A DNA stretch of 64,000 bases from Octopus vulgaris (taxonomy: Eukaryota). The stretch lies in the NCBI GenBank assembly GCA_951406725.2, contig OX597815.1, positions 93,124,001-93,188,000 of the forward strand. The letters are read 5' to 3'. Within the stretch, counting starts at the first letter, position 1. Each line of letters begins with the position of its first letter. Below are positions 1-13,217 of this stretch, one piece after another. The notes under the pieces were generated by a model. The model did not search any database and was not told where the DNA came from. It worked only from the letters and a program-made list of their open reading frames with translations. A program made the position numbers and the translations under genes.

Positions 1-378
1 TTCTTAAATGCTATCAAAATAACCCTGAGTAAATCTCAACAGTATATTACATGGGTAATGACTAAGTCTTGTTAATCAACAATACATCAGAGTAAAGGGC
101 TCATACACCAGATATTCTGAAATTATTGTGATAAGGATTTCAAAGATAGGCACAAGATGAAAAAATTTGTAGAAAGGGAGATTTCCCATTTAGAGTGATC
201 CTAAAACTGGTATGTTTTTGATCTGGAAAGAAAGAAAACGTCAGTCATAATGACTTGAACTCAGAACATAAAGAGCTATACAACTAAATAAAACAAAGTA
301 TTTTGTCTGGTGCTACCTTGATTCTCAAGCCTAATACACTACCAATGATGGTGATGATGATGATGATAATAATAATAA

Positions 379-596
379 TCTTTTCTACTACAGGCACATG
401 GCCTGAAATTTTTTTTTGGGGGGATGGGGTGGTCAATTACACTGACTCTATTGCTCAACTAGTACTTATTTTATTGACCCCAAAAGGATGAAAGGCAAAG
501 TTAATCTTGGCAGAACCTGAACTCAGAAGGTAGAGACAGACAAAATGTTTCAGAGTATTTTGCCTGATGTGTTAACGATTCTGCAATCTTGCTGCC

Positions 597-600
<4 letters not shown>
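379..600 (-). mobile_element. tRNA-derived SINE with core CCTTTCATCCTTT.GGGGTCGATAAA; copies near 2440, 4977, 7130, 10100, 10290, 17100, 29737 and 45372-45960
   Basis: Repeated about 220-bp unit with a B-box (GAGTTCAAATTC) and (AAT)n tail; the core resembles the Meta/MESC-type SINE domain as recalled. Confidence 0.75.
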
Positions 601-633
<33 letters not shown>

Positions 634-979
634 TGATGATGATGATGATGATGCCCAGCATAAGCACATGATCCTTAAAGAGTAGAGGCGTTAAATGATA
701 AAAATAGAACAAAAACATTCATAAAAGAAGATCTAATGGCTGATATGCCTCTCTTTCAATTTTGCAGTCTATGCAACGAAATAAAAATTATGCTCAGAAT
801 GAAAACAAGGATAATATAGTGTATAGAGAACAGACATATTTAAAATATATATATTTTAAATAGAAACAAACTAGCAGGAGAAAAACAAAACAACATTGCT
901 TGAAGTTAATGTGTAAGTCTTAAATCACTGAACATCGATTAGTTCAATAGTGAAAACAAATAAAATGTTACACACACGC

Positions 980-1260
980 ACACACAATACTGGGTAACTG
1001 TTACAGATCAAAGAGCAAACAACTGAAGTATTATAAATCACAGCAATAAGCAATATATAAACTGTGCAGTGACATTGTAAATTGAACAGTAACACCACAA
1101 ATTGTGCAATAATGGAATTAAACTGATCGGTAACATCACAAATGGTGCAGTAAAATTGTAAACTGTGCTGGAACATCATTAACTGTGCAGTAAACATAAA
1201 ATATGCAGTTTTATCATAACCTGTGTAGCAGGAACTGTAAACTGTGCAGTAATAAAGACA
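980..1260. repeat. Degenerate minisatellite, unit about 20 bp
   Basis: Units resembling AACTGTGCAGTAACATCACA, about 10-13 copies. Confidence 0.55.
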
Positions 1261-2962
1261 ACTAGAAAAGCAGATTTCCTGGTAGATTTTAAGTTACCAA
1301 TAAAGACAATGTGTACTTTAATGGTGTCTAACATTTGTGGTTTTTTTTACTATAATTTAGTCTATTGACAGTTTATATTTAAGATCTAGAATTAATTTAG
1401 TCTACTGGTAACTAGCAGTCTACATTTATTGGTCACTAAAAGTTCACATCTTAGACTTATAGTTAATTTAAGTCTGCTGGTCATCAACAGTCTAGTACAA
1501 AAAGCACATATGAAAATGGCATAATATTCTCTTATTTGTTAAACAGCTCTTTTAAATAACTGAGTCCTGGAGACAAAGTCAGTTTATCAGCTGACTACTA
1601 AACTTATCATGTCAAGCATTATGCTCTTAGTTATATATATAACAATAGCAACATTAATGAAGATTCCTGATCTCTGAACAGTCACCCATGTGATGAGGCA
1701 GTCCTTCACACGAAAGGATGGTTCATTCCTGTGACAGTATAGTCTTCAGCTGGAGACTGTACATGTGATGATAAAGTCCACATATAAGAATATTAAATAT
1801 GAGTATTGACAAAATCAGTCATAACTTCTGAAGGATTTAACAGGATTTCTCATATTTTTCATATCTTCTTATTTAAGAGAGTTATGTTTGATCTAAATCT
1901 ATTAACACTCATATGTGTTAATACTATATAACTATATTATTTTTCATCATTATATAGATTTAGATGCTGTGTCCCAGGCCAAGTAAATCCACACTACACT
2001 ATCTGTCTGTCTAAATGAAAAAATAGGCAAGTTTTCAAATTCATTGATAAGAGGTTAGTAGTAAAAAGAGCACCCATCTGTTAAAACATATACTTCACTG
2101 ATATTGTGTATAGGTGATCTGTCAATAACATTGATCATAAATGTGTAACCTCTCAAAGCACCATTTCATTACATACTGTGTTTCATTGATTGATGTCAGT
2201 GAAGGAACGAAGTAAAGCTATGTAGTTCTTGCTTCAGTAACACAAGAAGAGCTACATAACTATTTGCACCATCACTGAAGTTGCTACACTCACAGAATCA
2301 AAAACTTATTTACCTAAGTAAGCAATCAGATATACACATATACAGGCATATCTGATTTCTTACATACAGAGAAATCATAGAAGCAGCAACGATGATGATG
2401 ATGATGATTTTTTTTTCATAAAGATTTCTTTTAACTAAGATAGAGCTGCAGTTGTAGGGAGAGGTGAAGTCAATTTAATCAACCCCAGTTCTCAACAGGT
2501 ACTTTACTCTATTGACCCAGGAAAGATGAAAAGTTTACTTGACAGAATTTCAGCCCAGTCAGTAAAAGGACATAAAACAAGCACCTCAAGGTATTTTAAC
2601 CAGCATTACTAATTTTAATTCATACAACAATAACAATGATTTCCTTAATGATAATATACAATTATATTTCCCCTAAATTAGAAACTACACATAAAGAATT
2701 ATGCCAGTTCTACAAAAAAAAAAAAAAAAAAAAATTAAGGTGTCTGAAAAGCTGCATGCAAACACAATGACAACAACAACACAGAAATCAGATAATGTGT
2801 GCCTTTTTGCACACATAAAAGTCAATTGGTTATTTTATTAAAATTGCAATATTCTTTAGTTCCACCTTTCTTTCCTTCTCTGAGTATCTACTAATACTTT
2901 GCATGTACCATATCCTTGCGTTGTTGTTTTATTTCTTGTGCTTGTTCTTTGTTTATATATAT

Positions 2963-2995
<33 letters not shown>

Positions 2996-3150
2996 AAAGT
3001 ACACATTAAAAGCACAACTCCCTCCATACACTAAGGTGTATGAAAGGAGTTATGCTTTTAAACCAAACAATCTACTCTTTGATCCACAGGGTTGATCTCA
3101 CTAGTTGCAGGCTGCTTGCAAGGAATGGATGTGTGTGTACACACACACAC

Positions 3151-3537
3151 ATTGGAGAAATGAATACGAATGGCTTTTCTGATAATTTTTCCACTTTAAT
3201 AATTAGATGTTTATAAATCATTGGGTATTTACAAATCAAGACTGTTTTGAATAAACACTTAATGATTTTTAAACATCTAATCTGTCTGGCACCAGTGCGG
3301 GTGGCACGTAAAAAGCACCCACTACACTCACGGAGTGGTTGGCGTTAGGAAGGGCATCCAGCCGTAGAAACACTGCCAGATTTGACTGGGCCTGATGAAG
3401 CCTTCTGGCTTCACAGACCCCAGTAGAACCGTCCAACCCATGCTAGCATGGAAAACGGACGCTAAACGATGATGATGATGATAATTATTAAAGTAGAAAA
3501 ATTATCCAAAAAGCCATTCTTATTCATTTTTTCAAAT
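3151..3537. repeat. Degenerate fold-back interrupted by a SINE
   Basis: Left arm 3151-3222 pairs with 3260-3281 plus 3482-3537 once the SINE at 3282-3481 is removed. Confidence 0.6.
3282..3481 (+). mobile_element. Young SINE with (GAT)n tail; family copies near 12003, 25513, 28367, 30600, 37730, 39460, 47362, 50503, 51222, 59808, 60856 and 63055
   Basis: Recurrent GTGGTTGGCGTTAGGAAGGGCATCCAGC...CCAACCCATGCTAGCATGGAAA-(GAT)n in both orientations. Confidence 0.85.
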
Positions 3538-5703
3538 ATACGATACTGTACCAAGTATATAATACTATACTATTTCTAATTCTACTGTGTGTGAGTATAT
3601 ATATATATATATATATATATAGGCAATGAACATCAAAAGAAACACATTTCCTTTCTAAGGAATACATTATGAAAAACCCATCCCACTACATGTGTATATA
3701 AAATACAAAATAGTATATAGATGTCCTGTGTATCTTACAAGTCCTCTATAAATCTTTTTGTAGTTTATTTGTTAGCAAGGCAGTGATAAATCTAGATCAG
3801 GTGTTCATATAAAGACTGACTTGATCTTGAAACCAACTATTATTACTGAACATAGATTGATGATAGTATAGGGGTGGGTAATCTAATTGATGGCAGTATA
3901 AGGGGGCTATGTAACTGATGGTAGCATCAAGGTAAGGAACTAGGTGACTGGTAGTTGCACCGGGGAACTACCTTTACTGTTTAGTCAATGCTTATATTAT
4001 TCTCTTCACAACTGCAGCAATCTATTGAATAATAAAAGAAATTATATGCATGTGTGCATGTGTGTATGTGCATGCAAATGAGAGGGATGGGAATTACACT
4101 GAATTGGGTGCCCGCATAGTTATATTGCCTTTCCCTTCTCATACAGTCATAACTGCCACTTTCTAACATAGTGCTCTGTTCAAGGAACCAAACCACCAGT
4201 TGTTACATCAATGTACAATATTTTCAGAGTAATATGTGACTGCAGTTAGTAGCTATAATAAATGTGCAGAGATTTGTACAATGTAACAGCTTGCACTAGT
4301 TGACGTGGTAAATACATTGCAATCTGTACAGGGCAATAACTGCAGTTGATAGAATACACAATGGTTTGCACAATACAACTTCTGGTTGCATATGTAGGTA
4401 GGATATATGTAAGGAAAGTACACAGTGTGTGTGTATGTGCAAGGTAAAAGCAAGTTGCATTATTTATAGAATGTGATACATATTTAGTAATGCAAATAGT
4501 GGAACAAACAGTTGTAGATAACATAGTAGTAACACGGGGACTGTTGTACAGGGTGACTGAAAGCTGTAAAAATATATGTGGGTAGTGATTATAACAAAGA
4601 TAAATATTTATATTATATATAATCTTATTTTCTAAAGAGGTAATGGATACTCAGAAATCTGCAAATAGTAAGGTTTTCAAATAAGTCTTAACTGGCCATT
4701 TACATCAAGCAATAATCATAAAATTTAGAACTCAGTACATATTCTATGTAGAATATTGGTAAGGGGCTACATTGATAAAGCAGGGTAAATAGATGTAGAT
4801 AACAAGGTGTGACAGTTGTAAATCTGCTAAAACTTTAGAAAAAGTTTAGTATAGAGGCTTGCAGGTTAACCCCACCCAAAGGGTACAACAGTGGAAATGA
4901 AATTAAAAAAAAAAAAGAAGTAATACTAAAAGAAAGAACAAATCCCTCAAAAACTTAGTAATAGTACTAATAATAGTTTCAAATTTTGGCACAAAGCCAG
5001 CAATTTCTGGGTAGCAGGTAAGTCAATTACATCAACCCCAGTGTTCAACTGATACTTATTTTATCGACTCCGAAAAAATGAAAGGCAAAGTTGACCTCAG
5101 TGGAATTTGAACTCAGAACATAAAGACGGTTGAAATGTCACTAAGCATTTTGCCTGCTGTGGTAATGATTCTATCAGCTCACCACCTTCATAGCAGTAAT
5201 AATATCAATAACAAAATGATGATGATGATGATAACGATAATAATGATGATGATGATAATAAAAACAATAATAATAATAATAATAGGATATGCATAAGTAC
5301 GAGTTGTATGAAAAACCACAAAGAGAGTGAAAAGTTGCATGCATACAACAAAGATAACAACATAATCATCACTGTCATTAACAAATAAAATATTTACACA
5401 CAAAATGAAAATAAACAAAAAACATCTTTTAATAGAAGCGACAGCAATTATGAAAATAAAAATAATAAAACTATGCTGAAAAACAAAACAAAAAATAAAA
5501 CACACACATACTAAATAAATAAACAGATAAGATGAAAATGTGCAGTGCTGCAATCATATATAAATATATAAATATATATATATATGACAATCATACACAC
5601 ACACAGAAGAACATAAGACACATGCCATCTGAAGGGGAAGCCAAAGTTTGTTGTATTCCACAGCAGCAAGACAACAGCAGTGAGGAGCTGGTGTGATACT
5701 TAC

Positions 5704-5805
5704 CATCTTCTGTTTGACAATGTTTTCTAGTGCTGTAGCCAAGTCTACAGCACTAGCTGCTGCTGTTGCAGCATCTGTTTGTGCCTTCAGAGAAAGTGTT
5801 GAGGC
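5704..5805 (-). CDS. TRIO: Trio exon preceding the second DH domain (gene continues past position 1)
   Basis: ctcttgtag| acceptor, TACTAAC branch point at 5836-5842, ATG|GTAAGT donor; 102 nt, phase 0 to 0: ASTLSLKAQTDAATAAASAVDLATALENIVKQKM (compare Trio SAAELVSAIEELVKSKM). Confidence 0.9.
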
Positions 5806-5835
5806 CTACAAGAGGAGGAGATTATTCACAATGCT

Positions 5836-5842
5836 GTTAGTA
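5836..5842 (-). promoter_or_regulatory. Consensus splice branch point TACTAAC
   Basis: gttagta on + strand, about 30 nt upstream of the 5806-5807 acceptor. Confidence 0.7.
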
Positions 5843-7770
5843 TAAGCTGCTTGATGTAGATATATAGACAAGTTAGATGATAATAAGAGGCTCTGGCAGT
5901 GAAACTAAATAGGCCAGCAGCATTGCAATGTGTGTTCTAAAATAAGAGGAGGAGGATGAACCTACAAGAAACAGACCAATCGTGGCGGCAGCAGCAGCAG
6001 CAGTTAATTAAGGATAAAGTTATATCCTAAAAGTATGCAGCAGCAGCAGAAGATCAACAGGAACACATGGGTTTAGATTCAATAAGTGAGGAAGCTGATG
6101 TTAAAAAAATTCCTTCCTTGTGGATCATATATACTGGTAACGGTGATGAACTTACTGGGAAAGAAAGTATCCCAGTTTTGACTCAAGATCTATATTTAAA
6201 ATCTGTGGTAATGAGAATACAGTGAAGTGTAACTAGTGTAGCAAAATAAAAGATTTCAATTAGCTTTTTTACAGTAGTGAGGCAGAAAGTTGACTAGCTG
6301 AGACACAGAGCTGAATGAGGCAGTACCATTCATTAAGAATATAAATAGATAAATAGGAACTTTGCACCGAACCAATAAAGGATGTACTAAATCCTGATTT
6401 AATTAAGAATAATTTGTAACTGAGAATACCTGAATCTCAGATATTTAGAAATTTTACATACACACACACACACACGTATGCATACAGGTGACACACATAC
6501 ACACACACACACATACAGCTGAACAACTTCCTTGTGAGATCAACTGATATAAACTACCAGTATTTTTTTTCAGAAATAAAACTCTAAAACCAAATATGAG
6601 ATGTATATACATATTTGAGGCACTTTTGTGAGTGTGTCTGTGTATGCATATACATAAATACAGTTAAAATGAAAAGACACTTCACAATAATGCTAAACTT
6701 CATATTTAAATACATCATCTATTTCTTCAGTAGGTATGATCATGTTTCTATCAGTCAGATGTTTATAGAAATATAAGGGCACAGGATGTCTTCATCAGCA
6801 GAATTACACATATTTTTACAAACATCTAAATGTAAACCTGATTGTTTCCGGAAAAACACAGGATGTTTTCGTGTATATATTTGAATATACAGCTTGATTT
6901 TATTTTCAAATGTCATATCATCTTAGTTGTACTTTTATCTCATGATATTATTGCTCTCCAAATACTATCCATTTTCATTTTACTTTTAATGGAGCTGTCT
7001 ACCAATTTCTTTGCATGCATGAAATATTTTCATTATATTTGCAAAGTATTTGTTCTGGTTTGTTAGAAGCAGTGACAAATTTGAAAATATGTCTTTTTTT
7101 AAGTGAGTCAAAAAGCAAATGAAGCTATAAATAATCCTATTTTTAATAAGGCCTGAAATTTTGGGGGAGGGCATTTGTTCATCACACTGACCCCACCTAT
7201 TCTCATTTTAATTGACTCTGGAAAGATAAAAGGCAAAGTTGACCCTGGCAAAATTCAAACTCATGAGGCTATAAATGATAGCACATAATATATCAAGTAA
7301 AAATATGTCTTAGAAAAAATATAACTATCTGTCTGCCATCTACCAAACAACAGACACTTGTTGAAGTGACATCACATTTGAGCAGCGTAAAGCAAACACG
7401 TGGTTTAATTTCCATGGGTGCTTGTCCACTCTTTCCTGTCTTAAGGGTATTTTTACCTCATATATCATTACATATTATTCATAGCTTTATTTGCACTTCA
7501 GTAGCTTTAGAAAAGACTTACTTGCAAAGTATTTATTTATATTACTTTATATCTATACATTATGTGTGCATGCGTGTGTATATCATCATTTCATATACTC
7601 TTCTCCATGTTGGTATGGGTTGGTTGAACAATGATTATACACACACTCACTGTGTATGTGAATATAAATATGAAACATCAATTTTGTATCCATTTTCCTA
7701 CGCACAGTAACAAATTTAATTTAAATATATATAAATACATACTATATTACGTGTATGTGTATATATAAAT

Positions 7771-7899
7771 TATTCTTTAACAAGAAAGTGTTAACAGTGA
7801 CTTTGAAGTGTCAGCTTACTTAGCCTTCATCAGACAGTCAGATGAAGGCTAAGCAAGCTTAAACTTCAAAGTCACTGTCAACACTATTCTTAAAGAATA
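7771..7899. mobile_element. Fold-back element with degenerate hammerhead motifs on both arms
   Basis: About 63-bp inverted arms centred at 7836; arm consensus GACAGT-CTGATGA-AGGCTAAGCAAGCT-GAAAC-TTCAAA-GTC-ACTGTC. Confidence 0.65.
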
Positions 7900-10800
7900 G
7901 TAAATATGTACCTGATACAAAGTAGTGAGTAATCCTTCAGTTCAATGCTAAATTGGTTTTATTATAACTCAATGTAAAACCAAACACACACACACACTGT
8001 TATACCGGGGGGGGGGGATGGTCATTTATTTTTTTTTTTTCCAATAAACACACACACTATTTGATCTTCACTTTAGCTTTATCTCTTCAGTATCCTTGTG
8101 TGTGCCTTTATTGGCAAAAAAAATTCAAACAAACCAAAAACAACAAAAAACTCAAAAGGAAAAGGACCATCCCCAAATATAGCAATATCTATTTCAACAC
8201 ATGATTTCACATCATGAATCTTGCAAAACAAATACATAAACATGTGTGTAATATGTGTGTGTGTGTGTATACAACACACACACACAAAACTCGCTTCATT
8301 TTTCACTTGCCTTTTCATATATTACATTATTGCTATTAAAGTGAATTATTTTAATTCACTGAGTCATTTGCTATATTTTGTATGGAGGAATATTCTCACT
8401 TATGAAATAATATGTATGTATATATGCATGTATGTATGTATGCATGTATATATATATACACACATACATGCACATTAATCTAGGTGTATATAGGCACATG
8501 TTTGTGTATATATATATTTATAAATATAAAAGTGTAAAAATTCAAGTAATAACAATAAACTGACAAGTAGCAAAACTATGAAAGAATATAAAACTTTGTA
8601 AATATTTCATGAGATTTTAGTTGAAGAAAGTTTCACAGTTTTCCTGTGATAATTTTCTTGGCAGCTGGCTTTAAAGCAGAGGTGGGGTGGGGGAGAGAAA
8701 GAGAGAGAGATTAAGAGAACGGAGTATCTATTCATAGAACATTGGATTTAGAGATGTGAAAGTTAATGACAATTCTAAGCAGTGGTGTCCTTGGAAGAAA
8801 TATGTTGCAGACTTTATAGACACATTGTGGAATTGTTCAGAATACAAGAAGCTTATGTTGGTGCAATAGTTTGAAGAAGTTAGATGAGAATGTGTATCGG
8901 TACTATATATAAACACTACAAATATTTAGATAACTTAGTGACAGCAGGGGAGTTGAGGAAGACTGCTGCAGAAGTAAGTCAAGCTTCTCTGTCTCTGTCT
9001 GTCTGTCTGTCATACAGACACACCTACACAGAGAGAACTAAAAAAGTATATCAAACAAAGAAGTGATAGGTTATATACAGCATAGTAAGATCATTGATAA
9101 CAACCTTGAGGAATTAAAGGGATTACAGAGATAATTCTAAAAAATTTTCAAAAAAGCTTTCATCTCTGAAATGAAATGGAACAACATCAGTTATGAAAGA
9201 TAAAATTATTTATAGAGAGAAAATAAATGCTACAATAAAATACAAAACAAATCAAAAGTGCAATGGTTTTATCAAGTGTCAGAGTTGTTATTAGCATTGT
9301 TGATACAGGCATGACAACTGTTGTTATTGCATAGGCTTGTTGTTGTTTAACTAATTCAGCAGAGTGACAACCATCCCAACTTACATATCTATGATTACAT
9401 TTTCCAACATATCCTTCCCTGCTCCTTGTTTTCTTAAGATGGTAGAGTGATTTGTGAGAGTTTTAGCTGCTGTTTCCATCAGGTTGAGCAAGTAAGTGGA
9501 GCTTGCTCATGAGGTGGCGACAAATAGAATTGGAAAATCTCCCAGGTAATTTGCATAATTCCAAATAGTTCATTATAGAGATAGACAGTGATTACAGGGT
9601 TGAACTGTTTTATTAATGTGGATTACTAAATCATCATATTGCTTTTCTAAAAACACTTCAATACTTTATTGATTTTATATATTACGTGTTGTTGTTGACA
9701 TTTCCAGTGTTCATTACCACATCAACGTTGGTGAAGCAAGTAACCAGTAATAACAGAAGTCGATAATGTTCCAGTACTTTCAGAAGAGAAAAAATGGAAA
9801 GGTAGGGAAAGGATATTAAGATCCTGTAACCCCACCCCCTGCAAAAAAAAACAAAAAAACTGGTAAAATGATATAGTACTAGCAAGGTATGCTACTGTTG
9901 TTCAGCTACAATTTAAACCTGATAGAGCAATTCTACAATCAAAGATGTTCCAGCCATGAGCATCACATCTTTGTTCTGGGATAAGACGACACGTAGTGAT
10001 ATGAGGGAGGTTTTGCAGCTATTTCTAGCAGATTATTAAATAGTTATTAAATAGAGGGTCTCAGTCACTCGACCAGTGACACATTGCTGTGGCTATTTGA
10101 CAATAATGAATGGCTTCCATGGATCAATAACTTATTTCTGAGTTCAAATTTTGCCGAAATTGACTGTCTTCCATCCTTTTGAGGTTTATAAAATAAGTAC
10201 TACTTGAACATTGGGGCTGATGTAATCGACTAGCCCACTTCCCCCCAAATTGCTGGCCTTGTGCATATAATACGAGCTATTATTATTATTATTTCTAATT
10301 TTGACACAAGGCCCGGCAATTTTGAGGGGAGGGGGTCAAGTCAATTACATCAACTCCTTGTACTTGACTAGTCACTTTATTTTATCAACCCCAAAATGGA
10401 TGAAAGGCAAAGTTGATCTTGGTGGGATTTGAGCTTAGTACCTAAAGAACTGGAAGAAATGCTACTAAGCATTTTGTGTGGCCCAATAATGATTCTGCCA
10501 GCTCCCCACTGTAGTAGTAATGGTAATCTTTATTCCTTGAATCACACAAGTTACCATTAAATGGTTAACTAAATGGCCAACATTTGATTTAATCCCAAAT
10601 AGATAGGTGGGGAAAAAAAGAAAATGGTGCCTGAGTGTGTGGCATATTCTCACTGCACTGAAACAAAAAGATTCTCTCCAAACAGTGCCATAAATACCAA
10701 CATTGGCTCAGTAAGTAGTACATTATTAGTACTGGTTCTGATTGATAAGCAAAAGAGACTATCTGTTAAATGGGTGGGTACAAAAACTCAGTTTATATAT

Positions 10801-11430
10801 ACATTGGCTCTCGGCTAAGCTGACACTGGCACAACAGAGCCAAGGGAATTATTTCAGTTTCTATTGAATGAAAGATTAGATTTTATGAAAGACTGGTATT
10901 GGTATTTAGTTTGAAGACCTGTTTAAAAATAGAACACACACAGACACAAGGACAGAGATAAGCAGTGAATACACAACTGCTAAAGCAGATATGAAGGCTT
11001 TCTCTTTCTCTGCTTCTTATGCACACACACACACATAGTAGAGGAACCACTAAAAATACATGCAAATCTGTGATATTCATTTTATATTTATCTTCAGAGA
11101 TGATAAAATTATACTTCTGAGACATTCTCACTGCCACAATTCCACTGAGTTGCAATGGAATTGTGTCAATGAACAGTCGTGGAAATGGGACAAAATTTTG
11201 AAACCACAAGAAATAAATGTTAAGTGAATTAAACAGAATTTGTATGTTCCTAAATGGCTAAGATAAGTCTTCCACAATGCAATAGCTTCAGTTTCAACAC
11301 ATAGTTTCAGAATGCCACTTGCTAAATATGTACAACTCAGAAATAAGAAGGCATAGATGTAAGGTGAAGAAGTTCATTTCAAAACCACATGGTTTCAGGT
11401 TTGGTCCCACTGTGTAGCACCTTGAGTTAA

Positions 11431-11649
11431 CCCTTTAGCATTTAAACTGGCCATATCTGGCCTAAATATTCTACCTGTTTTACACTCAAATCAGCCAGAT
11501 CCCATCTATCACACCTAACCGAATATTTAATTCTTAAAATATACAACCATGTCATCAAAATCTTGAAGCTACAAGATAATACATGATTATTCAGAACAAT
11601 GAGAATAAATAACCATTACATTTGACAAAATAATCTGAATGCTAAAGGG
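11431..11649. mobile_element. piggyBac-like MITE nested in a tRNA-derived SINE
   Basis: TTAA|CCCTTTAGCATT ... AATGCTAAAGGG|TTAA. Confidence 0.8.
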
Positions 11650-12157
11650 TTAAGTAACTTTTACTATAGCACCAGATAGACCAGCGCCTTGTGAATTTGG
11701 CCAATAGAATCTGTAGGAAGCCTGTGTGTGTGTATGTATGCATGCATGCATGCATCTGCATAAATCTTATGCATGTCACTGCTTGAGTAAAATGGTGATG
11801 ATGTTGACATTATGACCAGTAATTCCACATTTTTGAAGATGCTTGAAATAAAAACACATCTCATACCTGGACAAAAGAGGAATGGGTAGGTAACAGGAAG
11901 AGTATCTGGTTGTAAATTCCTGCCTCAAATAATTCCTTAACCAACCCATGCTAGCATGAACAACCAATACTAAGCACAAATATTATATATATATATATAT
12001 ATCATCATCATCATCGTTTAACGTCCGCTTTCCATGCTAGCATGGGTTGGACGGTTCAACTGGGGTCTGGCAAGCCCGAAGGCTGCACCAGGCCAGTCAG
12101 ATATGGCAGTGTTTCTACAGCTGGATGCCCTTCCTAACGCCAACCACTCCGAGAGTG

Positions 12158-12199
<42 letters not shown>

Positions 12200-12919
12200 G
12201 TTCAGATTACTCTTTGTGATGTGACTATTAAGAGTGTTATTTCAGTAGCAGAATTATACACTATTTCTGATTTAAGTATTTTCTCCTAATTTCTAAAGTG
12301 AAATGTACATGTATATATTCACTTGTTCCTTTGTTTATTTTGTGCACATTCCTCCATGCTAGTATGAGTTGGATAGATAACTATTACCGAGGTAATGTTT
12401 TACTGCTGGATGATTTAACTCTTCACTATTTTTATGTAAGAGATATTTTATATCATTTATCTTCAAAAGGGCTGAGGTAGCAAGTGATTTGCTGGCAGGG
12501 AATATCAACAAACATCACTATTTGTAGTTTGATTCTTGCCATTGTGTGTGTATATTTTATTTGTTTTAGTCATTGGACTGTGGCCATGCTGGGGCACTGC
12601 CTTGAATGGTTTAGTCCAACAAATTAATCTCAGTACTTATTTATTAAACCTGGTACTTATTCTATTGACTTCTTTTACAGAAGCACTGTGTTATGGGGGC
12701 ATCAACAAACCAGAACCAGTGGTGGTGGTGACAAACAGAAACACACATAGATATATAAATATGTATGTGGCAGGATTTTTTCAATCTCTGTCTACCAAAT
12801 TCACTCACACCAAAGCATTGATCAGCTGGAGCTACAGCAGAAGATATTTGCTTAAGATGCCAAGAAGTAGTCAGAACTCAAGATCATGTGATAACAAAGT
12901 GAACTCATTATCTATGCAG

Positions 12920-12969
<50 letters not shown>

Positions 12970-13165
12970 ACAATGTTTGAAGTGGTGTACAGATATTGTA
13001 TGTTGAGAAAAAGGAGGCAGTCAGAATTTTGGATAATTTTTTGTTAGTGTTTTTGTTCTTTTTTTGAACTTAAGACAAAATTTTGATTTTGTCTTGAGTT
13101 TGAAAAATGAATGAAAGCCCGAATAAAGGATTATCCAAAATTCAGACTGCTCCTTATTCTCAATA

Positions 13166-13217
<52 letters not shown>

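Noticed and set aside
1736-1763. Imperfect palindrome TATAGTCTTCAGCTGGAGACTGTA
   Set aside because: Too short and lacks a tail, microsatellite flank or ribozyme core.
3385-3435. CTGATGA-AGCC-TTCT-GGCT in the young SINE (also near 47459) looks like a hammerhead 5' half
   Set aside because: No GAAA follows stem II, and other family copies have CTGGTGCAGCC here, so it is likely chance.
5188-5553. 121-aa hydrophobic ORF
   Set aside because: Low-complexity T-rich intron sequence plus (ATC/ATT)n repeats.
6156-6202. AG...GTAAGT-bounded segment upstream of the 5805 exon
   Set aside because: 47 nt is not frame-preserving and there is no usable ATG in the required frame.
7457-7468. ATG ATA TAT GAG|GTAAAA as a phase-0 alternative first exon near CACGTG and TGACATCA motifs
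   Set aside because: Only four codons and a weak donor; expected by chance in AT-rich DNA.
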